Below, piece after piece: positions 12,865-24,385 of a DNA stretch of 64,000 nucleotides (position 1 is the first letter of the stretch; each line of letters starts with the position of its first letter). The notes under the pieces were generated by a model. It had not been told where the DNA came from. It saw only the letters and a list, made by a program, of their open reading frames with translations, and did not search any database. The position numbers and the translations under genes are program-made. This DNA is from Sphaerodactylus townsendi (Eukaryota). The stretch is taken from contig NC_059427.1 in NCBI RefSeq assembly GCF_021028975.2, positions 101,680,001-101,744,000 of the forward strand, read 5' to 3'.

Positions 12865-15098
12865 CCCAGGCTGATGACTGCTCACCATATAAATTCAAAT
12901 GAATACTTAACCACCACCCCCTCTCTGGAAAGAACCTTTGGGTCATCCAGGGGTTACTTTGGGCTGCACCCTTAGCAATTAGAGGACGACTCGGCAGTGC
13001 TTGGAGTTCTTGTAGATAGAAATGTGAAATAGGCATTCAGAGGAAAAGATGGAAATTCAGTCTTGCTTGTACTGTGGCTTATTTGGGCAGGTTTGATATT
13101 AATCCAAATTGGCTATTATTTCTGGCAATGCTTGGGAGAAATGCAGAGGAATGAGTGGAGGGTAATAAAACATTATTCACAACAGTAATAAAACATTTTG
13201 AAAGCATTTTAAGTTGTATGACACTTATAAAATTCTTTTAAGTGTTATAACAGTTGTTAAACATTTTGAAAACATTGTGAAAATGTTGTCAAATATTTTT
13301 CAACTCTGCTATGCGCCATGGCCCGTTGCTGTGTTCAGATTTGTGAGACAAATTCTATAATGTGATGATGGCTTTGAGATGGTGCAAAAAATCGTTCTTT
13401 GGTTGTAGTGGGGGAGGGTGACCTTTGGTCATGGGGGAGCGCAAAACTCAGATTTTGCCCCAGGCTCCATTTTTCCTAGCTATGCCTCTGATACAACCAC
13501 CCTTCTTCCAGTATTTCAAAGGCTTCTTCCAACTTAAGTGGCTTTTGCCACTGGAACAGGTTGTTAGAAATGTGGTGTCTTCTGCTTTTTGACAATCTAG
13601 AAGTTTTGATATGTGGGTCTTGCTTTTACAATTTGAAAATGCTAGACTTTTGAAACTCATAGGTAAATTCCACTGATTTCAGTGGAAGTTACAAATAAGG
13701 ATGCTTAGGAGCAGGTATATTTTGTGATAACAGCTGCAGCATCAGTGATAAATTAATAAATGGTACAGTGTATTTCATTAATACAACTACAGCTGGGTGT
13801 GTATAAACATTTAAAAGTGTGTTTGTAATCTGTAGGAATTTTGAATATAAATTGGGTACGGTGGCCCCTTTAAGGAAATGTTGCTGTTGCACTTATTTAA
13901 TTTTGATGGCTGAACCCCTGTTGGTAATTCAACTCATGAACTCTCAGCATGAGTTTGTCTAGGGCAGAGATGTTTCATCAATCCTGTCTGTAGAATTATA
14001 TCAACAATATTAGTAGGATTTCATCTGTCAGTATTCCATCTGCAATTTTTTTCAAAACATTTTTGAGCATGAACTCTATTTTCAGAAATTATTTATGTTA
14101 TCTTTAATGAAAAAAGTCAACATTCAAAATTAATTTTTGTTCGTTTTTTCTGTGTAAATAATTTCCGTTCTCTCTAGGAGCTGAACCCAATTTCATTTTT
14201 TTGTATCCATGAATATAACCAAACACTCCTGTAGAGTGAGAACTTTGTTAAAACCAGTCTAAGATTATTGGGAATTACTGCCCTTAACCTTTCAACCATT
14301 GTCCTACACAAGACATTTTAGTTGCAAAGAATTTTTGCAGTAATCAGTTCTAAGTTAAACTGAAACTGATAATGATGTTAGAAAAATATTCCAATAGTAT
14401 TATTGTACTCAACACAGATTGCCCTTTGGGTAGAAGCCGTAGTGATTGTCCTTTAAGTTTAAAGGATCATGATCCTTTAAGTTATACCATACTGCATACT
14501 ATGAATTTGCTCTTGATTTTTTGGCTTCCACATTAACCAATGCAAAATTGTTCATGATTGATGGGGATTCATACATAGAAACAGGAACTTAGCCAACATC
14601 CCATTTGGGGGTACGCAAAAATATTATGTAATCGCTTTGCTAATATGGGGGTACAGTTTTAGGGAAATGGATTTCTGAGGGGTGCAAGAGTGAAAAAAGT
14701 TTGGGAACCAGTGATGTAGAACCTACTCAGTACATCAGAATATCAGCCATAGACAAAAAAGTGTGCATAGGTAAATTAAGCGGCAAACTGTAAGTAATAG
14801 ATTCTTCATTTTGGGTCAATTCCGCACAGCATAATTATAACGGGTTACATTCAGTATTTTAAAATTCGGGTCTATTTTATCCTGGTTTCTCCCTTCACAT
14901 GGGTACCCATTTCTGTGAAAGAATCGAGTTAAGACCAAGAGGATTTATTTTGCATGAGGCCAGCTTTTTTTGCTTTTTACAACCAAGGATGTATGTAAGG
15001 GGGGGTTCCAGGGTTTAACCCCCCATTATATGTCTGAAGCTCCGCCCCATTTGTGATTTTTTAATATTTTGTATTTTTTTGTATTTTTTGTATTATTA

Positions 15099-15499
15099 AG
15101 TGTTCTCAAATAAAATATTATGTCCAGTTTTGTTTAACAGATGTTCTGCAACTGCAATTCTGCAGTTCTGCAGTTGCAGAACATGTGTTAAACAAAACTG
15201 GACATAATATTTTATTTGAGAACACTGAAAAAATGGACTGATAACCCCACCCGCAATACAATGCACTCAACCACACCTTTGCATAGCAAGTTCCACCCAA
15301 ACACTTAATGATTGGTTCCCCACCCTGGGACATGGACAATATACCCCACTAAACTTTCCCTTCTCACTTAGACACAGTGTGAAACAGACTTTTCTCTGTA
15401 ATACACCTCTGAAGATGCTAGCCACAGATGCAGGCGAAACATTAGGAACAAAATCCACCAGACCACAGCCACACAGCCCGGAAAACCCACCAGAACCAG
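15099..15499 (+). mobile_element. Penelope-like element fragment with 5' inversion, GIY-YIG remnant and pseudo-LTR
   Basis: Encodes SAVAEHVLNKTGHNILFENTE (Penelope endonuclease C-terminal motif). A 58-bp inverted duplication is present (15099-15156 vs 15169-15226). The pLTR sequence is shared with the copies at 23198, 24256 and 42500. Confidence 0.8.
15406..15446 (+). ncRNA. Minimal type I hammerhead ribozyme motif (Penelope pLTR), stem III palindrome decayed (ACAT)
   Basis: cct-CTGAAGA-t-gct...ggc-GAAA-ca-TT-agg. Confidence 0.65.
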
Positions 15500-15933
15500 A
15501 TCTGCTTAGGTTTGCTTGCACAGTCTTGGACTAGGATGCAGTGCCTAACCTGAAAGCTGACATCTGGAAGGACTACCTTGAAAGGAGGAAAGTTTAAATC
15601 CTCTCTCTTCTTTCTTCTCATCTACCTGCTTCCCGCCAATCTCTTCTTCCTACTTCTGGACTGCTCAGTGCGGCCAAGGGCAATAGTGTAAGGGATGTAA
15701 GCCTCAGTCTCTCCATAAATTAGATGAGTTTTCATGCTGATACTTGAAAGCAGAGGGAAAGACATGGTAGGAAAGGGATTGTGATTTGTTGTGCTGGATA
15801 TCTCAGAAACCAGCAATAAAGGAAAACTAAAAATATATGATCATCACATCTGCATAAAAGTATAATAATGCAAGAACATATGGGACAAAAAGTTTTAGAG
15901 ACTTGCTGAATCACTTTGTTCTTACCCTTTCAG

Positions 15934-16097
15934 GGCGCTTGGCACTAACCCCTTGCATTGTGACTGTAGCCTGCGCTGGCTTTCAGAGTGGGTAAAGGCG
16001 GGCTACAAAGAACCAGGGATTGCACGGTGCAGCAGTCCAGATGACATGGCAGACAGACTGTTGCTCACGACACCAACCCAGCGTTTCCAATGCAAAG
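15934..16097 (+). CDS. SLIT3: SLIT3 exon (164 nt), LRRCT4: [54 protein letters not shown]
   Basis: Acceptor ccctttcAG and donor GTAGGT. Contains the NPLHCDC LRRCT motif. [33 protein letters not shown] is SLIT3-type as recalled, rather than SLIT1/2. Confidence 0.96.
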
Positions 16098-16214
16098 GTA
16101 GGTGTAATCTATTGGGAAACAATGTATTTACTACCATACACTACATTGCTGCTGGTGAACTTACTCCATATCATTTGACCCAAGGCATTATGTGTCGAGG
16201 TTATTGGTATAGGA

Positions 16215-16362
16215 CAGGGGTAGGGAACCTGCGGCTCTCCAGATGTTCAGGAACTACAATTCCCATCAGCCCCTACCAGCATGGCCAATTGGCCATGCTG
16301 ACAGAGGCTGATGGGAATTGTAGTTCCTGAACATCTGGAGAGCCGCAGGTTCCCTACCCCTG
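16215..16362. mobile_element. Palindromic hAT MITE, 148 bp, 8-bp TSD GTATAGGA
   Basis: Termini CAGGGG...CCCCTG. Nearly perfect hairpin over its length. TSD at 16207-16214 and 16363-16370. Confidence 0.93.
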
Positions 16363-16960
16363 GTATAGGAGAACTCTATGAATGTAAAATGATGATAGTT
16401 CTGCCACCTATTAGTCTTTGGTGTAACTGCACCTTTTCTGTCTATAGAATGTACTTTTCTGTCACAGATTTGAAAACGATAAAACACAGTATATATTTTT
16501 AGTCACCTTGGTACACATCTATTATTTATATGAATGGCCTTGTGTGATTGTAGTCCTATGTAATGTAACTATTTTAAAAATCAGATTTTTTTCTTTTATA
16601 TTTAGTTACGTCTATTTTTATATTATGTTACTTTGTTCAACTAAAATTAATTTTTAAAAATAGGGGGAAATCAGGTTTTATAGACAAATATTTTAACTAA
16701 CTTTGTCATCTGCAAAAAGTTATCTAATTTTTATATGAACTGCTTAACCAAGCTTCTCTGTCTGCTTTAACCAATTGGGTGTGCCAGTGTTGTCTTTTGC
16801 TTAATTGGCTTGAGAAAAATGCTTGCCAAGTCCTTTTAGATGGTGTTTCATCACTTCTTGATGGATCATTCCATTTTAATTTTTATTTTGCACCTTTCAT
16901 TTGTGAACACTGGCTCTGACATTAAGTTTTTTATGGAATTTACACACATTTTCTAGAATA

Positions 16961-17090
16961 CAGGTGTCAAACTCGCGGCCCTCCAGATGTTATGGACTAC
17001 AGTTCCCATCATCCCCTGCCAGCATCATGCTGGCAGGGGATGATGGGAACTGTAGTCCATAACATCTGGAGGGCCGCGAGTTTGGCGCCT
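16961..17090. mobile_element. Palindromic MITE of the same core family
   Basis: caggtgtcaaactcgcggccctccagatg...catctggagggccgcgagtttggcgcct. Near-perfect hairpin whose right end abuts an L2 tail. Confidence 0.88.
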
Positions 17091-17660
17091 ATTTATTTAT
17101 TTATTTATTGAATTTCTATACCGCCCTTCCCTGAAGGGCTCAGGGCGGTGTCCATCAATATATAAAACAGTTAAAATCCATTCCGCATTTATCTCAGTTA
17201 AAACCATATATAAATTATTAAAATTCTGATGGCAATTAAAATTGTTTCCCCTTCCCCATTTCTTGTACCCATGGAGGCCAGATATCACAGAGTGTGAAGG
17301 TGAATTATTGTCCGGCTAAACGTAGCCAAGCAGCGTTGCATCACAGAGTGTAGCCGGTGTTATCCTGGCTGGCCAAACAGCCCTGACGGAACAAGGTCCG
17401 TTTTACAGGCCCCGGCTTGGAAACTCTTGTATGTCCCGCAGAGACCCTGGATCTCTGGAGACCTGTTCCACCAGGTGCAGGGGCCAGGGCTGTAAAAGCC
17501 ACAGGTCCCCTTGTAGAGGAACCAATAACCGGACCGCACTTTGGGGCCAGGGATCACCAGAAGGTCCGCCTCCGAGGAGCGGAGGGGCCTAGCAGGGCGA
17601 TATAGGGAGAGACGGTCCCGTAGATATGCTGGTCCAAGGCCACTAGAGGTTCGTGAATGG
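17091..17660 (-). mobile_element. L2 LINE 3' fragment
   Basis: Minus-strand peptide GLGPAYLRDRLSLYRPARPLRSSEADLLVIPGPK (L2 ORF2 C-terminus), with the L2 3' stem-loop motif and a (TAAA)n tail. Confidence 0.85.
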
Positions 17661-17699
17661 GCAGTCCTGAATTTCCGGAAGAATATTCTCTTTGTGACA

Positions 17700-17757
17700 G
17701 GCAGAGATATTGGTCCAAAACACTGAGAGGCAGAGATATTGGTCCAAAACACTGAGA
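17700..17757. repeat. Perfect 29-bp tandem duplication ggcagagatattggtccaaaacactgaga
   Basis: Direct read. Confidence 0.92.
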
Positions 17758-19260
17758 GACAGTGAGGGAGAACTGCGCCCAGAGCAGACGTACGCCCTGT
17801 GCCCCTGCATACACGCATACACACTAACATCACGCCAAAATATGTATCAGATTCTGTGAGTTCCCAGCTTTCTTTTTTTTTAAAGTCCTAGCCCATTTAA
17901 TTTTATCTATGTAGCTCCAAAAAACAGGACTAAAGGCTTATCTTTTTTAAAAAAAACAAAGGAGGAAAACAAGTCTGAGAAAGATTAGAGAAAAGCTAGG
18001 GAAACCTTGGGAGGTATATGAACTCTCTATGATGCTGTAGGGAAGCAGAAACAGAAAACACTTCCCCACAGCATTTAACTGGAGGCAAATAATTCCTGTG
18101 GAAACATGCTATACCTAGGTTTTCTCAAAACCACTACCAACTTGCAGAAAGACATAATAGGACTATAATTGTATCAATGAACTGCCTTTCAGACAGTTTG
18201 CTCAGAAAAAAATGACAGTTTTTTTCAAATAATACTTTATAAATGCATGTGGAAAAATGCGTGGGGTCTGTGTGAGTGTGTGTGCATGCAGGCATTTGTT
18301 TTAATGTGTTTGTGTGTTTTTAATTACTGTTTACATTTTCAGCCTTTTTTACTGCCTAAGGGAGCTAAAGAAGAAATGCTGCATGTTGTAAAGGAACAGC
18401 TTACCATCTGTAAATAGGAAACGTGACACTCAAAACAGTGTATTGAAAAATAAATTTGCATAAATGTCAAACAATAACAAACTATGTTGTACTCAGACAT
18501 ACAGTTACTTCTGGTTTGTCTCTCATGTCACCCCAGATCCCTGATTGTCACTCATACTATATTGTCACTGCCCTGCAAGAAGCACTGGGGCTGCTTCCCC
18601 TCTCTCTTTTCCCTGCAGAAGAAATCATTCAGTCAACAGGACTCTATACTGTGGTTCAATTTTGATGGCTCACGTTGCTAAAATCTACTATTTATTTGTT
18701 ATGTTAAACTTCCAGCTGACTCAAAAGAATAGACCTCTTCTTGTTTCATTCTGCTGTGCACAACTATGTACTTTGCTAATAGGATCAATTAAGGTTTGCA
18801 CTGCCTGTCAGACCAACGGCCCTCTTCCTTGCTGCAAACTATAACCACAGTGAAAATTAGGGATGAAGAAACATTTCTGGCCATGAGACTCAAATGAAAA
18901 AAGGGACTGATTCTTCTAGTTCACCTGATGATTATATTTGTAATGTGCAATATTCTCTTTATTTTGGTCGTTGCTGCTTGCATGACAATAGCTTGACAAA
19001 TTACAAGTATTTCTGGTTGCTACTCTTTGATCATTACAATCATTACTTGAATATCATGGTATAATGAATCTTTCTAAAAGAGCCCTTCTTACAGTACTGC
19101 CCTTAATTCGTTTTTGGTGCAGATCACCAATTACCGACATGCAACGTAATTCAACTAAAGTTCTTCAGATTTCCAGCAGCAAGATATGTGCTCAGAACAG
19201 TGATGAATACAGATTACAGGAAAATGTCTTCAATTGTAACAGTGTGTTTTTCTTTTTCAG

Positions 19261-19385
19261 GGCCCATTGATATCAGCATTGTGTCCAAGTGTAATCCTTG
19301 TCTATCCAATCCATGTAAAAATAATGGGACTTGCAATAATGATCCAGTAGATTTTTACAGATGTACTTGCCCATTTGGCTACAAG
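19261..19385 (+). CDS. SLIT3: SLIT3 exon (125 nt), EGF1: [42 protein letters not shown]
   Basis: Acceptor tctttttcAG and donor GTACGA. EGF cysteine spacing. Phase 1-0, compatible with both neighbouring exons. Confidence 0.95.
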
Positions 19386-19615
19386 GTACGAGAGCAGCTG
19401 GACTATACTACTAAATTAAATGTTATTGCTGTTGACTGCTTAAATAATATGCTTTAAGAGGGTACAGGGGAGAAAAGAAGTAAGTTTATAGCAAATAGCC
19501 TGCACTGGTGCCTCACTGGTTTACAAAGCTGATAGTGAATAGTGAGAGACATGCATTTACAACAGCTGATATCATGGGGGAAGTGCAGACGCATGTGAAG
19601 GAAGAAAACATGAAC

Positions 19616-19616
<1 letters not shown>

Positions 19617-19647
<31 letters not shown>

Positions 19648-19760
19648 TTTCCATTTTTAAACCGCCCTCCCCCGGAGGGCTCAGGGCGGTGTACATCAAC
19701 ATCAAATAAATACAAATATAAAAATATGAATACATTTCTTTAAAAGCAATTTTTAAAATT
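19617..19760 (-). mobile_element. L2-type 3' tail with (TTTA)n
   Basis: Motif accgccctccccggagggctcagggcggt, as at 17120-17150. Confidence 0.7.
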
Positions 19761-21629
19761 TCATATTCTGTCTTGCACTTTGGACGTATTAATCATTTCA
19801 ACTTGCAAACCTAAAAGTGTTGTTACCTATGTGTGTACCTAGTGATGATGGCATAAGATTGACAGATATAATGGACCCAAACATAAGGGGGAAGGAGAAC
19901 ACAATACCCAAAAACAACTTGTACGGTAGACATGGTAGAAACTGAATAAGCTTCATTCCCCTCCAGCCCACATCTATCTTTTTGCTACAGATTATTAAAC
20001 AAAAATGATATTTGAAAAGTTTAAATGTATAATTCAAATGTGCAGAAGAATCACTTCCTTGTTACCAAGCTAATCCCCACCAGAAAGGCATGCTAATTCA
20101 GTAACAATACCTTTCTTCCCTCTCACCAGCTACCACCAAACATATCTGTCCATCTGGAAGCTATTTCCTTTACCTAGATAAATTGTCCTAAGTCTGCCCT
20201 CTCAGTATGTGTTATTCCTTGTTTGATCTAGACGTGTAGAAAATTGTGTGTGGAGGAGTGCATTGCTATAGCAGTGAAGCAGGGGACCCTAATCCAAGTA
20301 TGAACTTCAGCAAAAGAGCTGAAGGAGTTTAATTGATTAGTCAGCAACACAACTAAAAAAATATTTTCCTTTTCTGGTTCATAATCATAAAAGCAGCAAG
20401 CCTTCAGCCACATGTGTTGCCATAAGTTAAATGTGTCACTGCTTCAACTAAAGTTGGAATCTTAAATTACTCAAGAGCTGAACTAGCACTTTTTTGCAAC
20501 CTTATCCATTTGGAAATTAGGACATAATTGACATAGATGAAGTTGCAGTGTTAAATTACCTCATGGGGCTGAGTCTAATAATCCAAATTGTGGCTAATCC
20601 ATAAAGGGCTTATGTGGTGCCTGCATAAGAACATCTACTGCTCCTGGGTCAACACTTTAGTACCATACCATTAAAGACACATTTTCCAAAAATATAGGTA
20701 CATTTTAGCACACAGAAAACCCAATCAGCACTGATTATATTGCTGCTGATATATAGACCACCCCCTACAACATAAGCAATTGAACAAATAAAACAGGTTC
20801 AACTTAAACAATACATATTGGATGTGATAGACACAACCAATCCACTGAATAATCCATTATGAATCCATACTGGTTGATTTAACACACAAGGTTATTTTGA
20901 TGTTGGACAAGTAAAAGATTGTAACATATTGCTGTTTCATATTAAGGGAGTACATAGATCCATCTAGTCCAATCTGGTCTCTTTTCACTGGAATAAACTC
21001 TGATCCTTCCCTGGCCTATCTGAAATTCTTTATCTTGAAATCGAAACTATGACCCACACCATATGTGCTGTCTCACTTAAATAGGGCCCATTCCCATGCA
21101 TTATAAAAGCACCATATAGATTGGCACTCCCATCCAAAGACCCCCATGCTTATAGCATGCCACCATGGTACTGGCAACCATAGTCAGTATTCTTTCATCA
21201 TTCTTCAGAGGTGGAAGAGGTGATTCAAACACCCCTTGGCAAGGCTGTGACTGTATAGCAATCACACCAGAGTATACAGCAACCCCACTAACATCCACCA
21301 ATGACACTCACACACAACTCAACCGATCTCTGCCTAGCAGTGCCGCCACGTTCCCCTGATGCCCACACAGAGAACACCAGAAATGAGGGAGAAAGGAACA
21401 GCTAGTCTCTTTACTCTCATGAGCACCAGTGGCACAAACAGCAAGAGTCTAGAGCTAACCTTCTCTTGTGAGCTGCACAGATGTGGGTTGAAGTCCACAA
21501 CTGTAGCCAAATTGCTTTTTGCCAGTTGTGACTGGCTGCAGACTTAGCCAGTATCCTAAGCTGCATGGGTGTACGTGGTAGGTGTATTTTTTTCTTCTTC
21601 ATGGGTCACTATGGGATGACTTCAAGCTG

Positions 21630-22162
21630 TGTAACCTCAGCTTGTGGGTTCTGTGGGGCAGTACTTGGAATGAGTTGCAACAACAATTTTTAAACAACAA
21701 AATGGTTTACTTTTCTTTACAATTTACACTTTTAAAACATCAACATTTAACGTTACAATTCAAGGTCCTGTTCAGGTTGCATTACAAGTCCTTCTATTTA
21801 CAGTCTACTGATATTGCCAAGTCCAAATTCTCCTTTGCAAGTTGGCTGGCTCCTGAAGACTCCAAGGACTTGATGAACAGGTTGCAACATGATGAAGGTC
21901 TCCAGGAGAACTCTCACCCATTACAACCACAAAAGAAAACCCTGAAACAATAAACTCCAACATTTACAACACAGCAAACAACAACTACCTTCCCAGTAGT
22001 TCCCAACAATATTGAAATTACCTTAACAAGGTGTTAAGGGCTTATAGAAATCAAGGTCCGAGTCTGGTAGCCTTGCTTCTGTAAAGAGCTCTTTCAGCCT
22101 TTCTGCTGCTCCGAGTCTCCACCCCCTTACTGGGCCAACCCATTCTGGGCATGGGGGTTACA
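21630..22162 (-). mobile_element. Solo LTR, 533 bp, TG...CA, 4-bp TSD GCTG
   Basis: Termini TGTAACC...GGTTACA (7-bp inverted repeat). GCTG at 21626-21629 and 22163-22166. Orientation is inferred from minus-strand TATAA/AGTAAA-like motifs. Confidence 0.85.
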
Positions 22163-23197
22163 GCTGCACCAGGGTTTTCAGTAGCATAATGATGAGAGGG
22201 TCACATCTGGGACTGGAGAAGGTTAGGAAACGAGTGAGGTCCTCCTCTGCCCGTAGCCCAGTCCTGAAACCAACCATTTCTATGTACATAGGTTATTATG
22301 ATGCTGCACTGGTTCAACTTGCTGCCAGTGTAACTGCAAGATATCCCAGCATAGTATTTAGTCAGCATCCTAAGCCCAATCAAGACGGGTCTTAAAATGG
22401 ATGTCTAAAAAGTGTAGACATGAAAAAAATAGACGTTGGATGTTTCACCATTGATAAAGCCTTAAATTCAAAGTGCCCTTAGGCTTAAGCAATTTTTTTT
22501 TGTATTTGCACTGAATGTTTCCCTATTTACACTTCCACTTGTCGTATGGAATCCATTGCCGAATAAAGTAATAGTTTCAGCAGTGGCTTGGCAGATGGAA
22601 CTGTTCTTTAAAGAATAGTTTTAGACTCATGCCCATGCTTATTCCCCACACATGAAGAGATTCCCTATGGCCCTTTTGTGTAATTGGCAAATATTTATGA
22701 GCTTTGACTATTATAATAAAAGCCATTTGTGTTTTAGAATTTAAAGGGAGACTCAAAGGAAGATGGAATAATATTGTGGTCAATCAGGCAATGCAAAATA
22801 GCATAATTAAGAATAGTAAGAGTAGAACACTGAGTGTGCTACTGGTTGCTCACTAAGATTCAATTAAAGCACAGAAGATCGATGAGAATACACAAAATAC
22901 AAATGAAAATTGGCAATTAAATTTGCACGGTAACTCCCACTGTTAATGAAAACCTTGCAGGGAGTTTCGTTTGGAGTAAGTTCAAAGATTTATTATGATT
23001 GACATCAGATAGCCACATAACCTTAAAGTCCCAACTTTAATAATGCCATCTTAGAATGTATGTTCACAGTTTCAGCAGGGTTAAGATGGAACACAGTACT
23101 GGCTGTATTATTCAGAATTCTCCTGGGAAACAACTACCCTATTGTGAGAGGAAAATATGCAAACATTTCACTCTGAACCAAACAATTGTATACATTA

Positions 23198-23404
23198 GTT
23201 CTGGAGGGTTTTCCAGGCTGTGTGGCCGTGGTCTGGTGGATTTTGTTCCTAACGTTTCGCCTGCATCTGTGGCTGGCATCTTCAGAGGTGTATCATAGAG
23301 AAAAGTCTGTTTCTCACTGTGTCCACCACCACCAGACCACGGCCACACAGCCCGGAAAACCATCCAGAACCAGTTGAATCCGGCCGTGAAAGCCTTCGAC
23401 AATA
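23198..23404. mobile_element. Penelope pLTR insertion with inverted arrangement and 14-bp TSD AATTGTATACATTA
   Basis: Arms 23198-23240 and ~23329-23370 are reverse complements. TSD at 23184-23197 and 23405-23418. The 3' end is gtgaaagccttcgacaata. Confidence 0.88.
23248..23288 (-). ncRNA. Minimal type I hammerhead ribozyme motif, intact, antisense to SLIT3
   Basis: Minus strand: cct-CTGAAGA-t-gcc...ggc-GAAA-cg-TT-agg. Confidence 0.75.
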
Positions 23405-24255
23405 AATTGTATACATTACTCTTCAACAAGACTCAGTAAATAATAAACGCTACATTTCTAAACTTGTTCCTATGTATCATCATAGCCATGGTTTTTCACA
23501 GTGTGAGAAATGTAATCATGGAGGAACTGGAAACCACAACTCTTATTTTAGCCACAAATATAGTTCCAGTCCCCTCTTCACATATAGTATATAATTTATT
23601 GGTTAATGGAATAAATCTTACATTCTCAAATCTAATTGATAAATTCCATATCACTACTATTAGTGCTCATCCTAATATATTGTCCAACCAGGTCTATTGG
23701 TAAAATGGTACACTTCCAAACCTGAGTTTTTATTCTTTTGGACTGTGCGTCAAATTCTTACTTCAATCTTCATAAAACTGAGCAGAATTATGCCACTTGC
23801 TGAAGATTGTTCTTGTTTTCTAGAAAAACAATGGTTTGAAAAGCAATTTTTTTTAAACTTCTGAAACTTCTACTAAATTTCCCCTTTAATAAATGTGGAG
23901 GTCCTTTCTCTGCATCCAGTTTCAAAGGTCTTAATTCTATGGAACATTTCTGCTTATTGAAGGATTTCCATCAGTTGAGTAGACCTTGCACATCTCTCCC
24001 AACTTCCAATTGCAATTCCAAAAGCTCAATGCTGCTTCAGGGTGGCTCCTTGCCTCCTGTCCCAAAACTAGTTAACCTTGAGGGAGCCAGTCCAGAGAAA
24101 GTCTGCAGTGGGAGAAGGGAATCAGCCCCCACTCCAGGCACAGAAATCCTCTCTTTGTTCTGATTCCCAAAAAGCAAGAATAAAAAGGAAAATGCTATTT
24201 GTATCCATAAAAGTGAAAGTAGAATCCTCCATTCTCTTTATTTAACATACTATGT

Positions 24256-24385
24256 AAGATCCTCTGAAGATGCCAGCCATAGATGCAGGTGAAACGTCAG
24301 GAGAAAATCTACTGGAAAACGGTCATACAACCCGGAAAACCCACAACACCCTAGTCATTCTGGCCATGAACGCCGTGGGCAATAC
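24256..24385 (+). mobile_element. Penelope pLTR short fragment
   Basis: Homologous to 42505-42632. Flanked by an imperfect duplication, atactatgtaa/ataccatgtaa. Confidence 0.8.
24260..24302 (+). ncRNA. Minimal type I hammerhead ribozyme motif, intact core, sense to SLIT3
   Basis: tcct-CTGAAGA-t-gcc...ggt-GAAA-cg-TC-agga. Stem I tcct/agga, palindromic ACGT stem III loop, predicted cleavage after C24298. Confidence 0.78.
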
